Source of the DNA: Zootoca vivipara
Lineage: Eukaryota
Assembly: GCF_963506605.1 (NCBI RefSeq)
Contig: NC_083277.1
Location: forward strand, 47,802,001 to 47,866,000
Length of the DNA: 64,000 bases
Direction of reading: 5' to 3'
Of the stretch, positions 1 to 11,457 are shown in pieces. Each line of letters opens with the position of its first letter. Within the stretch, counting starts at the first letter, position 1. Both the position numbers and the translations under genes were made by a program. The notes below the pieces were generated by a model, which was not told where the DNA came from, did no database searches, and saw only the letters and a program-made list of their open reading frames with translations.

Positions 1-884
1 GTGGGAAAAAAGAGGACTCCAGTAACACAATATACTTTCTTCAGACTGGGGTGTGTAAAATACAGTGTTTACCCGAAATTTGGATGGTATGGGCATGTTG
101 AACAGAGCATGTTGTTATGATGATTTAAGACAATGATAGCCATATGTCCTAAATGCGAGGAATCCGCACACAGATTGCATCTGTTTAGCAACAAGCACCG
201 ACCATTTGACTCATTTGTAACCTGGGACCGATTATATTTCTTTCTGTTGGCGTTTTATTGAAAAGGAAAACAAATCTGTATGAGATTATTTCCCCAGAAA
301 ATCTGCAGGGCACTTTGTAACTTTGCTGTTCTGTTCTCAGTCATCTTGTGATGTGAACAGTTTCATTTCTTTAAAAGCTCACTTTAGCATGCCCGCCAGG
401 TGGCATGCAAAAAGTTCATTTGGGTGAGTATGTTGTTACTGTGCGGAAAAAATACCTCGCTATTAGCAGTCCTCTTAAAGTTCATAATTACAAGGAGCCC
501 AATTAGGTTAAACATTCTTGGAAGGAGGAGAGTCATGGACACCAATCACAGCTCAGACAAAACTAAGCAAATACCATAAGGCTGATTTGTAAGGCTGTAT
601 GCCAGGGGAACTGTAGGCAAGCCTGGGTGGATCTGAAGCCTTGAGGGAAAAGGAATTATACAGCCCTTGTACTTTCCATGACAAAGCACAGGGAAGCTTC
701 CCAAATCAATACAGTCTGTAAAGGGAGTTTTAGCTTTTGATGAGGCCAAAAATCATTCGTTCCCCAAACCCCAGTGTTAAATGCAAGTAAGATATGCTGA
801 CTGTTACAACTGTAAAAGAAGCATATAGTTTACATTTATTACTGATGCTTTGGTGAGGGAAGTTTAGAAAATTAGGACTTGCAT

Positions 885-885
885 C

Positions 886-917
<32 letters not shown>
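885..917. repeat. (CA)n microsatellite
   Basis: Direct reading. Confidence 0.9.
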
Positions 918-1109
918 GAGTACCAATGTTTTCAATACAAAATTCTAACCCTTCACCATACTAGAAAGACGGAGTGGGGATACGGAGCTTTTTCTAATAG
1001 GAAAAACCAGGAACAGTAGATTATCTAGAGTATTTAAAACATGCTTAATGCCACAGTTCTGAAAACTGGGCACAAGCATATGGGAGTTCCATTCTTTGTT
1101 GTTGTACAA

Positions 1110-1352
1110 GGAAAGCAAACACGACATCCTTAAATCAAGAACAAATAGATTAAAAAACAGTTTTTATCCAAGAGCTATAACCATCTTAAATGCTGTAACT
1201 AAATACTGTAATATGATCCTGGGGAGTTGTGATGTGTGTGTATGTGTGGCTGTAATTGTGCTTTTGTTTTTATGGGATGGCATTCAATTTCGTTGTACTA
1301 TGTACAATGACAATAAAGTATTGATCTATCGATCTATCGAATGATCTATCTA
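1110..1352 (+). mobile_element. Rex1/Babar-like LINE 3' fragment
   Basis: C-terminal motif RTNRLKNSFYPRAITILN, then TTTCGTTGTAC...ACAATGACAATAAAG and an (ATCT)-like tail. Confidence 0.7.
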
Positions 1353-2121
1353 TACTTGACACTGGGACTCAGCTACATTAGTAAAGAAACAATGATTTGA
1401 ATGCGCTATAAACATGCAACGCAAGATGGCGCCAGAGAGCAAAACAAATTTTATATGCGATTTTCCATAGGGTTTTCTCCCCCCCTTTGTTATAACGATC
1501 TAATTTCTGACTTATTTATAGCAGCTTTTTTCCTGTCTGTAGAGCCATCCCAGAAGTGGGCAAATCAGAGGCCTGAGGCCTTCCCTCAGGTCCGCTCCCC
1601 GGGCATAAAAGTAGGCCGGGGCTGCCCTAAGCAGATGACATTTTGTTAATGTAGCTGTTTAAAACTGAACAGAAGGAAACTGTTAAAGTAAAGGGACTTT
1701 CATGGTGGGGGCTTTCCCATTGTGACGGCCCAGAACTGGAGCCTAAGCTGTTAGCATCTTTGCTAAGTAGATGCTTTAGGGGAAGAGATTATATTTGGAA
1801 CATTAGTTCTCGAATGCCCCCTCCCCACTCACCAAATCAGAGACAGATTCAAAACAGCAAAGCAGACATTTTCCAGTTCAATTTCTGCAGACCAGATTTT
1901 GTAAAATTATTTGGTTGCAGTTGCGGTCCCACACTGAAAATACACGACACTCTTGCTGTTCGGGACTGGATTGAACTCCCTAGTTCATGTTAGCAGAGTC
2001 AAGCAGATGGAGTCCAGAGACAAATCCTGATAATACTTTACTGAGAAAAACTCAACAAGACACAGAGTGTAATTTGAGGAGAATGGCCTTCTACATAGCA
2101 GGGAGAGACTTTGGAACAAAC

Positions 2122-2278
2122 ATTGTTGTTGTTGTTTAGTTGTTTAGTTGTGTCCGACTCTTCGTGACCCCATGGACCATAGCATGCCAGGCACTCCTTT
2201 CTTCCACTGCCTCCCGCAGTTTGGTCAGACTCATGTTCGTAGCTTCGAAAACACTGTCCAACCATCTCATCCTCTGTC
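2122..2278 (-). mobile_element. BovB (RTE) LINE 3' end
   Basis: (TTG)n tail on + followed by GTGTCCGACTCTTCGTGACCCCATGGAC; homologous to the copies at 45453 and 58592. Confidence 0.9.
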
Positions 2279-3274
2279 TCAGAACTGCACAGGCAACCAG
2301 AGCATGTGTGCATCATACCATTCTCCTGGTTGGTAAGCAACACCTCCACACACTCCTTGGCAGTGGCAGACTTTGGGCTCTCAAATTATAGTGGCGCCCT
2401 GAACAACACTAAAATTCAATGCCGCCCCCGGCTTCTCGTGCTCTGTTCTACAGAATTGTTGTAGTGCCCATGCAGCATAGCACCCAGTGCAGCTGAACCG
2501 GTTGTGCTTCCCTAAAAACCCCTCTGCTCTTGGGAAGTTAACACTGGGAGCAGAATTAACCCTTAAAATAAACATGCAATGTAAGAGCCCATTGCTGCTC
2601 CATATAACACAACAGGGACAAGAAGGTTAGAGAAAGCCCGAGGGATCAGTATTCAGATCTCTGCCTGGTCTGCTTCTCTTGGCTCAGCAGTTCTGGTTTC
2701 TCTCTTGCCGTCTAGCAGAAAACCGAGCAGAGAAGTTGGCTGCCAGCCAGCAGATGTATATTAAAGACTGATAGCAGAACTATTCCCAAGTACTACTTGC
2801 TGAGAAATAAATATAGGATTCTAAAAAAAGAATAATGAATCTGCATTTCCTAAAACATTGGCTTAAAAGCCCACAAAACTGTTTCATAGTCACTGAAGTA
2901 AGATAAAATACTGTGTGTTTAGTGTCCTCCATGGTAAAATGATTCGAAATCCTGTGGAACTCATATTACCCAAGCCTCATAAATCTGATCGATTCACCTC
3001 ACCGTTGCAAAATGTTAGAATGTGGACTGAAGCAATCACAGTGGCCCTTCTTCTCAGGCTGGATGAGTGCAGGTGTCCATACTCTTGCAAACTCTCTGCA
3101 AATGCATGGAATTAATGTTCATGAGAGGCACTTCTCGTGGGCTAGACCTGGCCTTCTGGCTTGGCTAGATTTCACCTATGACCTTTTCTGAAGGCCCTCT
3201 CCAGTGTAATTCCTGCATAAACAGCATTTCTGTTTATCTGATCCTTTGATTATCTGAAAAATGCAGAATGCAAA

Positions 3275-3500
3275 AATTTGATATCCCGCTTTATCACTAC
3301 CCTAAGGAGTCTCAAAGCAGCTAACAATCTCCTTTCCCTTCCTCCCCCACAACAAACACTCTGTGAGGTGAGTGGGGCTGAGAGACTTCAGAGAAGTATG
3401 ACTAGCCCAAGGTCACCCAGCAGCTGCATGTTGAGGAGTGGGGACGCGAACCCGGTTCACCAGATTACGAGTCTTCCACTCTTCCACTACACCACACTGG
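3275..3500 (-). mobile_element. tRNA-derived CORE SINE (Squam3/MIR-like)
   Basis: Reverse-complement tRNA-like head (CCAGTGTGGTGTAGTGG...GGGTTCGCGTCCCC), core TGGGTGACCTTGGGCTAGTCA, L2-like tail. Confidence 0.75.
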
Positions 3501-4824
3501 TGTAGTGGCACCTTCTCTCATGAATTTCTTCTCCAACCATGAATAAAAGTGAACTGAAGAGATCCCTGCCTGCCCATGTCTATATCTGAATTTTCGATGG
3601 TGTCTTAGAGAGTGTAGGTGTAAATTTTTGTATTATGTAAGGATTTCCAGTGGTGTTCAAACTTGCCCATTATATGGATGTGACATTTTAAAGTGGTAAC
3701 AGCGCTGCTACATGGTTATATTTGGCACATGAAGCTAATAGACTAGGTTTACTTCATCCATACATATCTGTTTGGACTTGTGGTCAATTCTCTTATACCA
3801 CCAAAGAAGGAAATTGTCTGTCTCTTTTCTATTATACACTGGTGTTTATCATATATAAGCATTTGTTTGTTAGTGGCTTTCTTTCATTTTCATGCCTCTA
3901 GGTATTTGTTTTGAGTTTTACATGGTTGTAAAAATTTATTTAGTTGTACAGTATTTGAGATGTCTTTTCTCTATCCATATTTTATTTCCCAACTTGTTTG
4001 CTGTTGTTTTGGCTTTTGAGGTTGGATTACATCCATCTCTCTCTGTTTCTTCACAGGATCCTCTTGATCTTGTAAGTTCAATGCCACATTCTAGAGGAAA
4101 ATTGGAGAGAAGCAGCGGACAGATCAAGGAGGACAGGCAGAAGCCTGGGAGACCAAATTCCAAACTCCCTGGGGTACAATCTGGGATGGGTGGAATGCCG
4201 TATTTTTTAAACTGGCCATTGGATGAACAAAGCTACACTGTCAATTTGCTTGCAAGGACTCTTCCCACCATCTCTTGCTCCCCCCGCCCCTGCCCCAAGT
4301 GCATGGCGTTTTTGGCCTGCATATATGTGATTTCCGACCCACCCCTTCTATAAAAACATTTCCACAGCAAAATGCAGATTCATTTGTTATAGTTAAGGCT
4401 GCATTTTTGTTCGGCCTGTTTGGCAGGCTTCCTTTGCACTTTCTGGCAGGCAATGGCCAGCTGAGATTTAGCACTAACAAATGGAGGATCTGCTGACACA
4501 ACAGAATGGCTTTAATAATCTCTGCAGCAAGCGGGACAAGATACTCCGAAGTGCTGCCAGCTCTTCCCATCGCAAGAGCCAATGGGACTGCGGCTTCCCC
4601 TTTCCCTCCCCTGCCTCTGGAGAATGCCGCTCTCTCACTCTCTTGAAGTTTCCACTGACCAGAGAGCTCTCTTGGGTAGCCGGGTTTAATGCAATGAGCT
4701 AGAGATGTTCATCATGGCCAAGCATGGTAGGAAAAAGTGCCCAACGCCATTCAAGGAAGACAGCGTTGATGTAAACGGAACTCCAAAGAAAGTTCTACAA
4801 AATATGGATCCACAATACACAACA

Positions 4825-5300
4825 TACATTCAAATCACATTTCCTCCGCTCACCCAAGAATCCTGGGAACTGTAGATTCGCTCTGTGAGGGGTAGACTAC
4901 AGTTCCCAGCACTGTCGGGGGAAGAGTTGTGTTATAAATATATGGTGTGTATGCAGCCAAAGACTGTGTTCTTTATCCTTACAGCTCTCTCTCTCTCTCA
5001 TTACAGTATATATAACTGGGCTGGAAATGTTCCACATATCTTTCTTAAACGTTGACACTGAAGGCATCGGCTGACAATTTAAACTAATATAATCTACACC
5101 ATACATTTAAAGCATCTTTTTGCTACTTTAACAGCCATGACTTCCCCCAAGGAATCCTGGGAACAGTAGAATGCTGAGAGACGCCTCATAGAGCTATAAT
5201 TCCCAGCACCTTTAACAAACTACAGTCATCACAATTCTTTGAGAGTAGCCCTGACTGTTAAAGTAGCAGAATGGCGTTTTAAATATATGGCCTGAATGTG
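4825..5300. mobile_element. Two old palindromic MITE-like elements (CACCATACATTTAAAGC...GCTTTAAATGTATGGTG family); a third copy lies at ~25650-25815
   Basis: Recurrent inverted termini and internal GAATCCTGGGAACTGTAG / CTACAGTTCCCAG inverted motifs in three places. Confidence 0.5.
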
Positions 5301-5961
5301 ATTTAAGACTCCTTATGCTGTCTTGGACCAACAAAGCTAAAAGACCCTCAACATGTTGGTCTTCAGTTACCATGTCCTGTCAGAGCAAGGATTTCTGCTT
5401 GCACAGTGGGGACTAGCTATATGTTGGAAGATTCCGGACAAGCAAAAGAAAGGATTTATTTATACAATCCTCCAAGATTTAGTGACGGCTACCAATGTGG
5501 ATGACTGTAAAAGAGGTTTAGACAAATCCACAAAGGGTATGGCTATCAATGCCGACTTGCCATGATGACTGCATACTACGGTACTTCCAGAATAGGGGTA
5601 GCCAGCAGTGAGGCTGCAAGGAAACTAAACGGGGAACCAGGTCTGGGTTAGGGCAGCACTCTGCAATACTCTGTCACAGGTGTGACATTGTGCCAGCAGA
5701 AGAGACCCCATGCCTGATGCTACCATTGTTGCTGGTTAAGCACTACGTAAGAGAATGAGGTGAAGGGGCGCGGGTGGCGCTGTGGTCTAAACCACAGAGC
5801 CTAGGGCTTGCCGATTGGAAGGTTGGTGGTTTGGGGGAGCTCCTGTTGTTCGGTCCCAGCTCCTGCCAACCTAGCAGTTAGAAAGCATGTCAAAGTGCAA
5901 GTAGATAAATAGGTACCGCTACAGCGGGAAGGTAAACAGCATTTCCGTGCGCTGCTCTGGT

Positions 5962-6050
5962 CATAGCTGCCAAGTTTTTCCTTTTCTCGCGAGGAAGCCT
6001 ATTCAGCATAAGGGAAAATCCCTTAAAAAAGGGATAACTTGGCAGCTATG
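5962..6050 (+). mobile_element. ~90-bp hAT MITE (CATAGCTGCCAAGT TIR), copy 1
   Basis: TIRs; 8-bp TSD GCTCTGGT. Confidence 0.92.
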
Positions 6051-6198
6051 GCTCTGGTTCGCCAGAAGCGGCTTAGTCATGCTGGCCACATGACCCGGAA
6101 ACTGTCTGTGGACAAACATCAGCTCCCTCGGCCTATAGAGCGAGATGAGCGCTGCAACCCCAGAGTCATCTGCGACTGGACCTAATGGTCAGGGGTAT

Positions 6199-6635
6199 TG
6201 TCAGGGTTTTTGTGACTACTCTTGAGTAACGACCCTCCACATGCTTGTCTTTCAGGAACTTTTATTGGTGCACATTATTTACAGTGAATTGAGCTGCTGG
6301 TTTCATGTCTCATCAGTCCGATTCAGAATCCGGCACTGCCCCTTTTCGTGACCTTGACCAACATAAGAGTCGCGGGACAGCTAACCTCCTCCCCTTTCTC
6401 CTCCTCCTTAATTCCGGTGGGGGGGGGAGGTCTCCGGCCCTTCTGAGTCCCCTCCTCTCTTTCCCCATCCCTCTCTTCCTGCCTGAGGAGCAGTGGCTCT
6501 TGGATGTTGCCAGAGCTCTGGCACTCCCTCTCCATCTCCTGACTTTCCCCTTCTGACCCTTCGCTTTCATAACTGCTGGGAGATGGGCTGCTCCTGATGA
6601 GGGGGGGCTGTTCCCTATAAGCCCTCCCCCTTACA
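6199..6635 (-). mobile_element. Solo LTR (437 bp)
   Basis: Ends TGTCAGGG...CCCTTACA (TG..CA with short inverted termini), 5-bp TSD GGTAT, AATAAA on minus at 6266-6261; splits the SINE tail. Confidence 0.85.
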
Positions 6636-8369
6636 GGTATCTTTACCTTTAAGAGAATGGGGTAAAACATTAATTTTAACCCAGCTTTCATTTCAGACTA
6701 TACCTTTATTACACATCTTAACTTGTGTTGCTTTTGCCTTTAAAACCCCCAAACATCAAATAAAGCAGTGAATAAGTGTCCATGTCACTGATCTGCCTTC
6801 TCCACCCTACCCAATGTAAATTACACAAATCATTATCCAAACTTTTTATTATAATAATAATGGTTTGAAAATTCCTCAGAGGAATAGACTTCTTTTATAT
6901 AATTTCATACTGAAATGAATAACTTCAAGCACCCCCTTTGGTCTTTTGCCAAGAGTCCTTTTTAGTTCAATTTTCCATTGTTTTAAACCAGAGGCCTCCC
7001 ACCATTTTGCCTGTAGCTTCATGGTTTCCTCACTCAACCTTCCTGCCTCTCTTAACTTTCCTTATCAGTTGGGGAGGGGGACACTTGCCCTACTCTACAG
7101 AGGACATTCCTCTATTTGAAAGGCTGTCCATCTCTTCCAAGTGCTCTGTCAGATTAATGAGTCACAAGGAGGGAAAGTGTGAGGGGGCCTTGAAGCTGGA
7201 CAACAGACTGAGTGGGCTTTCAGACTTCCCCACCACAGTGAGAAGAACTGTATTTCTATTATATTTCCATTCAAATTGTGGTAATTATTTCTAAATGTGG
7301 ATCTTTTCACATAAATTAGCATGTGCACATTTTAAGCAAAAGCACATTTGTTACAGTTACGTAACAGGCAAATTGTCTTGTCTTCTTACAGGTCTTGTTT
7401 TCTGTTGTTTAGGTATGAACACACTACGAGCTGAGTTAATGGCAAATGAAGCTTTGTTCTGCCCTCCTTTTTCTTTTTTTGGAGCATACATAGAGTAGAA
7501 GCTAACTTCTCCAGCCAGACCACACCTTTGAGACGGCTCTCCAGGGGCTGGTCTCCTGGGTCAAAGCTGTTTCTCTTTAAGGGACCCCATGCCAGATATC
7601 AAATCGGGAACGAATAGATATTTTACACTCATGAGGATTAATCACACAAGGTCTTCCTTCACGCTGAATGGTGCTTGGATGCCCTCCCTGCACATTCCCT
7701 GTGCCCCTCTTCAGCAAGGCCTTTCTTTTAAACTCTTCCCAGTTCCCACTGTGACTTCACTTCAGAAGTTGCATCTAATCTATGTTGACATATGAATATG
7801 CATTGACTTGTTACTATCAGGACTGGATGTTCTCTGTCTCTTCTTGCAAAAGCTGACTCTTGTGCCAGGGAATTCCCAGTGCTTTACGTTATAATTACAT
7901 ACAGTATATTTATATTTATCTGCTTTGATAATACTCCTTCCTAGAATCAAACTTTTGCTAGGGCTGGGTTGCAGAGGGGAATAGCAACCACGGCACTGGC
8001 CTTGGACGGCCAGGATGGCCACACAACAGCAGTCATTATGGGCAGCTAGACTGGTGACTGGAAGTGGCCGCTGAGACCATATAACACCAGTCCTGAAAGA
8101 CCTACGGTACATTGGCTCCCAGTACATTTCCGAGCACAATTCAAAGTGTTGGTGCTGACCTTTAAAGCCCTAAACAGCCTCGGCCCAGTATACCTGAAGG
8201 AGCATCTCCACCCCCATCGTTTAGCTGAGATCCAGCTCCGAAGGCCTTTTGGTGGTTCTCTCACTGTGAGAAGTGAGGTTACAGGGAACCAGGCAGAGGG
8301 CCTTCTCGGTAGTGGCGCCGCCCTGTGGAACGCCCTCCCATCAGATGTCAAGGAAATAAACAACTATCT

Positions 8370-8757
8370 ACAGGTAGGTAGCCGTGTTGGTCTGACGTAG
8401 TTGAAACAAAATTAAAAAATTCCTTCTAGCAGCACCTTAAAGACCAACTAAGTTTTTATTTTGGTATGAGCTTTCGTGTGCAAGCTTCAGATACACTGAA
8501 ATAGAAGTCCCCAGGCGCTATATGTAGAGAAAGGGTGGAGAGGGCGCATCACTCAGTCGTTTACAGTCATCAACAGCTATCAGTCAGTCAATCACCCATT
8601 TCCACCACCCTTCTGAGTGATACCCCCTCCCCACCCTTTCTCTACATATAGCATCTGGGGACTTCTATTTCAGTGTATCTGAAGAAGTGTGTATGCACAC
8701 GAAAGCTCATACCAAAATAAAAACTTAGTTGGTCTTTAAGGTGGAAGGAATTTTTTA
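8370..8757. mobile_element. Penelope-like element fragment with inverted duplicated terminus
   Basis: ACAGGTAGGTAGCCGTGTTGGTCTG terminus shared with the copies at 53406 and 55000; inverted arms ~8415-8530 and ~8630-8755; TSD-like AAACAACTATCT / AAACAACTCCCT. Confidence 0.8.
8675..8712 (+). ncRNA. Minimal type I hammerhead ribozyme motif (Penelope-associated)
   Basis: GTAT-CTGAAGA-A-GTGTG(TATG)CACAC-GAAA-GC-TC-ATAC: stem I GTAT/ATAC, core CUGANGA and GAAA, stem II hairpin, palindromic AGCT in place of stem III, UC cleavage dinucleotide. Confidence 0.7.
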
Positions 8758-8977
8758 AAACAACTCCCTGACTTTTAGAAGACACCTGAAGGCAGTCCAG
8801 TTTAGGGAAGTTTTTAACGTTTGATGTTTTATTGTGTTTTTAATATTCTGTTAGGAGCCGCCCAGAGTGGCTAATAATAATAGCTCCAGACAGCTGCCAG
8901 TTCCTTCCTACTGCCCTTAAAAATCAAATGCAAATACTGTAATGACGTTCCAGAGTGCTCTTACTTTAAGGAGTAAG

Positions 8978-9150
8978 GAGAAGGGCCTTAACGGAATGGC
9001 TGATCATCTGCTTTGCATGTAGAAGGCCCTGGGTTCTCTCTCCAGAATCTTCAGGTAGGACCAGGAGGGATCCCTGCCTGAAATCAATGTAGTCAGTACT
9101 GCATTAGATGGACTATTGGTCTGACTCAGTGTGTGGCAGTTTTCTGGGCT
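8978..9150 (+). mobile_element. Old tRNA-derived SINE (related copies ~11200-11375, ~24490-24665, ~42010-42140)
   Basis: tRNA-Ala-like CATCTGCTTTGCATGTAGAAGGCCCTGGGTTC head and TAGATGGAC...GGTCTGACTCAGT tail recurring in several copies. Confidence 0.55.
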
Positions 9151-9602
9151 TCTATGTTATTTATCTCCCCCCCCCCCTCCAACTTCCCTTTGCTACCTCG
9201 TTCCCCTTCCTTTGTGTTGTTTACCCCTTTAAACATCTGTTGTTAATTGTGTGCAGGGTAGGTGCCAAGCGTCTTAAAGCACAAACTGTTATGCCATGAG
9301 GCTGCACAATACCCCAGGGGCTTATACCCAACATGCTGGCGGCTCTTCCAGTTGAGGGGGAAAGGCTACAGACGATTTCCCTCCAGTCGCGATGACAATG
9401 ATGTCTCTGCTATGGTAGTTACGGCACTTTCCAATCCATATTTCAGCCATACCTCATATAACCCTATCCCACCGCGCCTCACCTGTCATATGCCCAGAAA
9501 ACCACTTGCAAAATGAGAGGCATCCTATCCTGCAGGCGTAGAGAAGTCCTGCTCATGAAGAATTGGCTCCATGATTTTCTGTTAACATGTAAGATAAGTT
9601 CA

Positions 9603-9997
9603 ATGCCTTATGAGGAACGGCTTAGGGAGCTGGGTATGTTTAGCCTGGAGAAGAGAAGGTTAAGGGGTGATATGATAGCCATGTTCAAATATATAAAAGG
9701 ATGTCATATAGAAGAGGGTGAAAGGTTGTTTTCTGCTGCTCCAGAGAAGCGGACACGGAGTAATTGATTCCAGTTACAAGAAAGAAGATTCCACCTAAAC
9801 ATCAGGAAGAACTTCCTGACAGTAAGAGCTGTTCAACAGTAGAATTTGCTGCCAAGGAGTGTGGTGGGGTCTCCTTCTTTGGAGGTCTTTAAGCAGAGGC
9901 TTGACAGCCATCTGTCAGGAATGCTTTGATGGTGTTTCCTGCTTGGCAGGGGGTTGGACTGGGTGGCCCTTGTGGTCTCTTCCAACTCTATGATTCT
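9603..9997 (+). mobile_element. CR1 LINE 3' end
   Basis: PYEERLRELGMFSLEKRRLRGDMIAMFKYIKG motif; ends TTCCAACTCTATGATTCT. Confidence 0.92.
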
Positions 9998-10694
9998 GCT
10001 GAAAAATGAAGGACCCAGACAAGCAGCTATTTACAAATGCTCACCTTAGTAGTTATTAACATGGAAAGCGGCCAGGGTTTTGCAACAGTGTTTTGGAACA
10101 CCTAGCATTTGCACAGTACAATGTAAAGCTATAAAAATTTCCATGTGCGTGGTCTGAATCCATTGCCACATCTTGATTTAATGCATCTTAGGACAACATA
10201 TGTGCCACATGTATTTGGCTCTACCTTGCAAGGCATTTCATTTTCAGAAAAGCTTTCTAGTTGTTCAGCTCCCTATCAGAAGTACTCTCTCTGATCACTG
10301 TTTTTATATAGAACCAGGGAAATCAAGGACATATATATTATGTATTTCGCTGTCCTCTAAGTCAGAGTGTGAAGAACAAATTCCACACTGAATGGTTGAA
10401 GAGGTGGGAGTTTTGGTCTAATTTACAGATAATTGATATGTAATAAGAAGCAAGGGGTTATATAGAACGGCAAAAAGAGACAGATGTGCATGACCCTCGA
10501 TGAAGCCAAAACAAAATGTGATGGATTTCCATGTTAATGAGGTCACTGTTAACTTTGGCTTGTGTTATTATGACTTTGCTCAATTTTATCTGATCCTTTT
10601 AACATCTTGTCTTGTTCCAATGTTATGACTTACGTCAAACAAATACATTTCGGTTAAATTCTGTTTATATCACTTGTGAAGTGAACTTGCTAAT

Positions 10695-11010
10695 AGGGAT
10701 AGGAAAATCATTCCATCTCTGTTGCTCTTAGTTTCTCATTTTTGCAGTCTTAAATTCAGTTCTTCACATTTCCACATCAGCTTGCATTTTTTTTTTAAAA
10801 AAAGTCATGAAAATGCACCAGCATTTTATGGTGCATTTCCCAGTATATAAATGTTGCCATGCAATTTTGCTTAACGCAATGCATTTTTGTATGACATTTT
10901 CACCCTTTTCATGCATGCTTTACCCTGGTATATGCTTTTTTTTGACACATTACTTACCTCATAGGTTTGTCTTTAAATGTGAACTGAATTGAATTTATTC
11001 TCCTTCCCTA
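10695..11010. mobile_element. Old non-autonomous DNA transposon, TAGGGAT...TCCCTA termini (related copies ~29490-29985 and ~41010-41475)
   Basis: Three diverged copies share internal AT-rich blocks and inverted termini. Confidence 0.45.
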
Positions 11011-11101
11011 TCAGCTGCTGCCTGTAGGAATATGTGCTAATGTGAGCTGAATGGTGGTTTAGACAAAACTCACAGTAATGAAGTAACTTGAACATTAGGG
11101 A

Positions 11102-11192
11102 CATAGCTGCCAAGTTTTCCCTTTTCTCGCGAGGAAGCCTATTCAGCATAAGGGAAAATCCCTTAAAAAAAAGGGCTAACTTGGCAGCTATG
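11102..11192 (+). mobile_element. ~90-bp hAT MITE, copy 2
   Basis: TIRs; 8-bp TSD ATTAGGGA. Confidence 0.92.
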
Positions 11193-11457
11193 ATTAGGGA
11201 AAGGGCTGTAACTCTGTGGTAGAGCAAATGATTTGCTTGCACAAGATCCCTGGTTAAATCTCCAACATATCTAGGGGAAAGCTTTGGGTTTCACTTGCCT
11301 GAAACCATGGAGAGCAGCTGCCAGCCAGTGTTGACAATACTGAGATAGATAGATGGTTTGAGTATAAGTTCCTACACCAACTCAAAATCATGGGATAAGT
11401 TCAAAAAATCTGGAATCTCCAAGATAAAACACATCTTTGGTTTTAGATACTTTGAGA

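Larger units (their letters stand above)
5765..6650 (+). mobile_element. Sauria SINE (Squam1) interrupted by a hAT MITE and a solo LTR
   Basis: Head GGGGCGCGGGTGGCGCTGTGG, tail CTTTACCTTT; flanking TSD AAGAGAATGAGGTGAA / AAGAGAATGGGGTAAA (14/16). Confidence 0.92.
8046..8872 (+). mobile_element. L2 LINE 3' end, interrupted by a Penelope-like element
   Basis: HITPVL...WLPVHFRAQFKVLVLTFKALNSLGP C-terminal motif; resumes at ~8758 with TTTTAGAAGACACCTGAAGGC...GCCGCCCAGAGTGGCT. Confidence 0.85.

Noticed and set aside
3892-4353. 153-aa plus-strand ORF as a single-exon gene
   Set aside because: No recognisable domain and it runs through polypyrimidine tracts; better explained by the splice-signal cluster reported as a finding.
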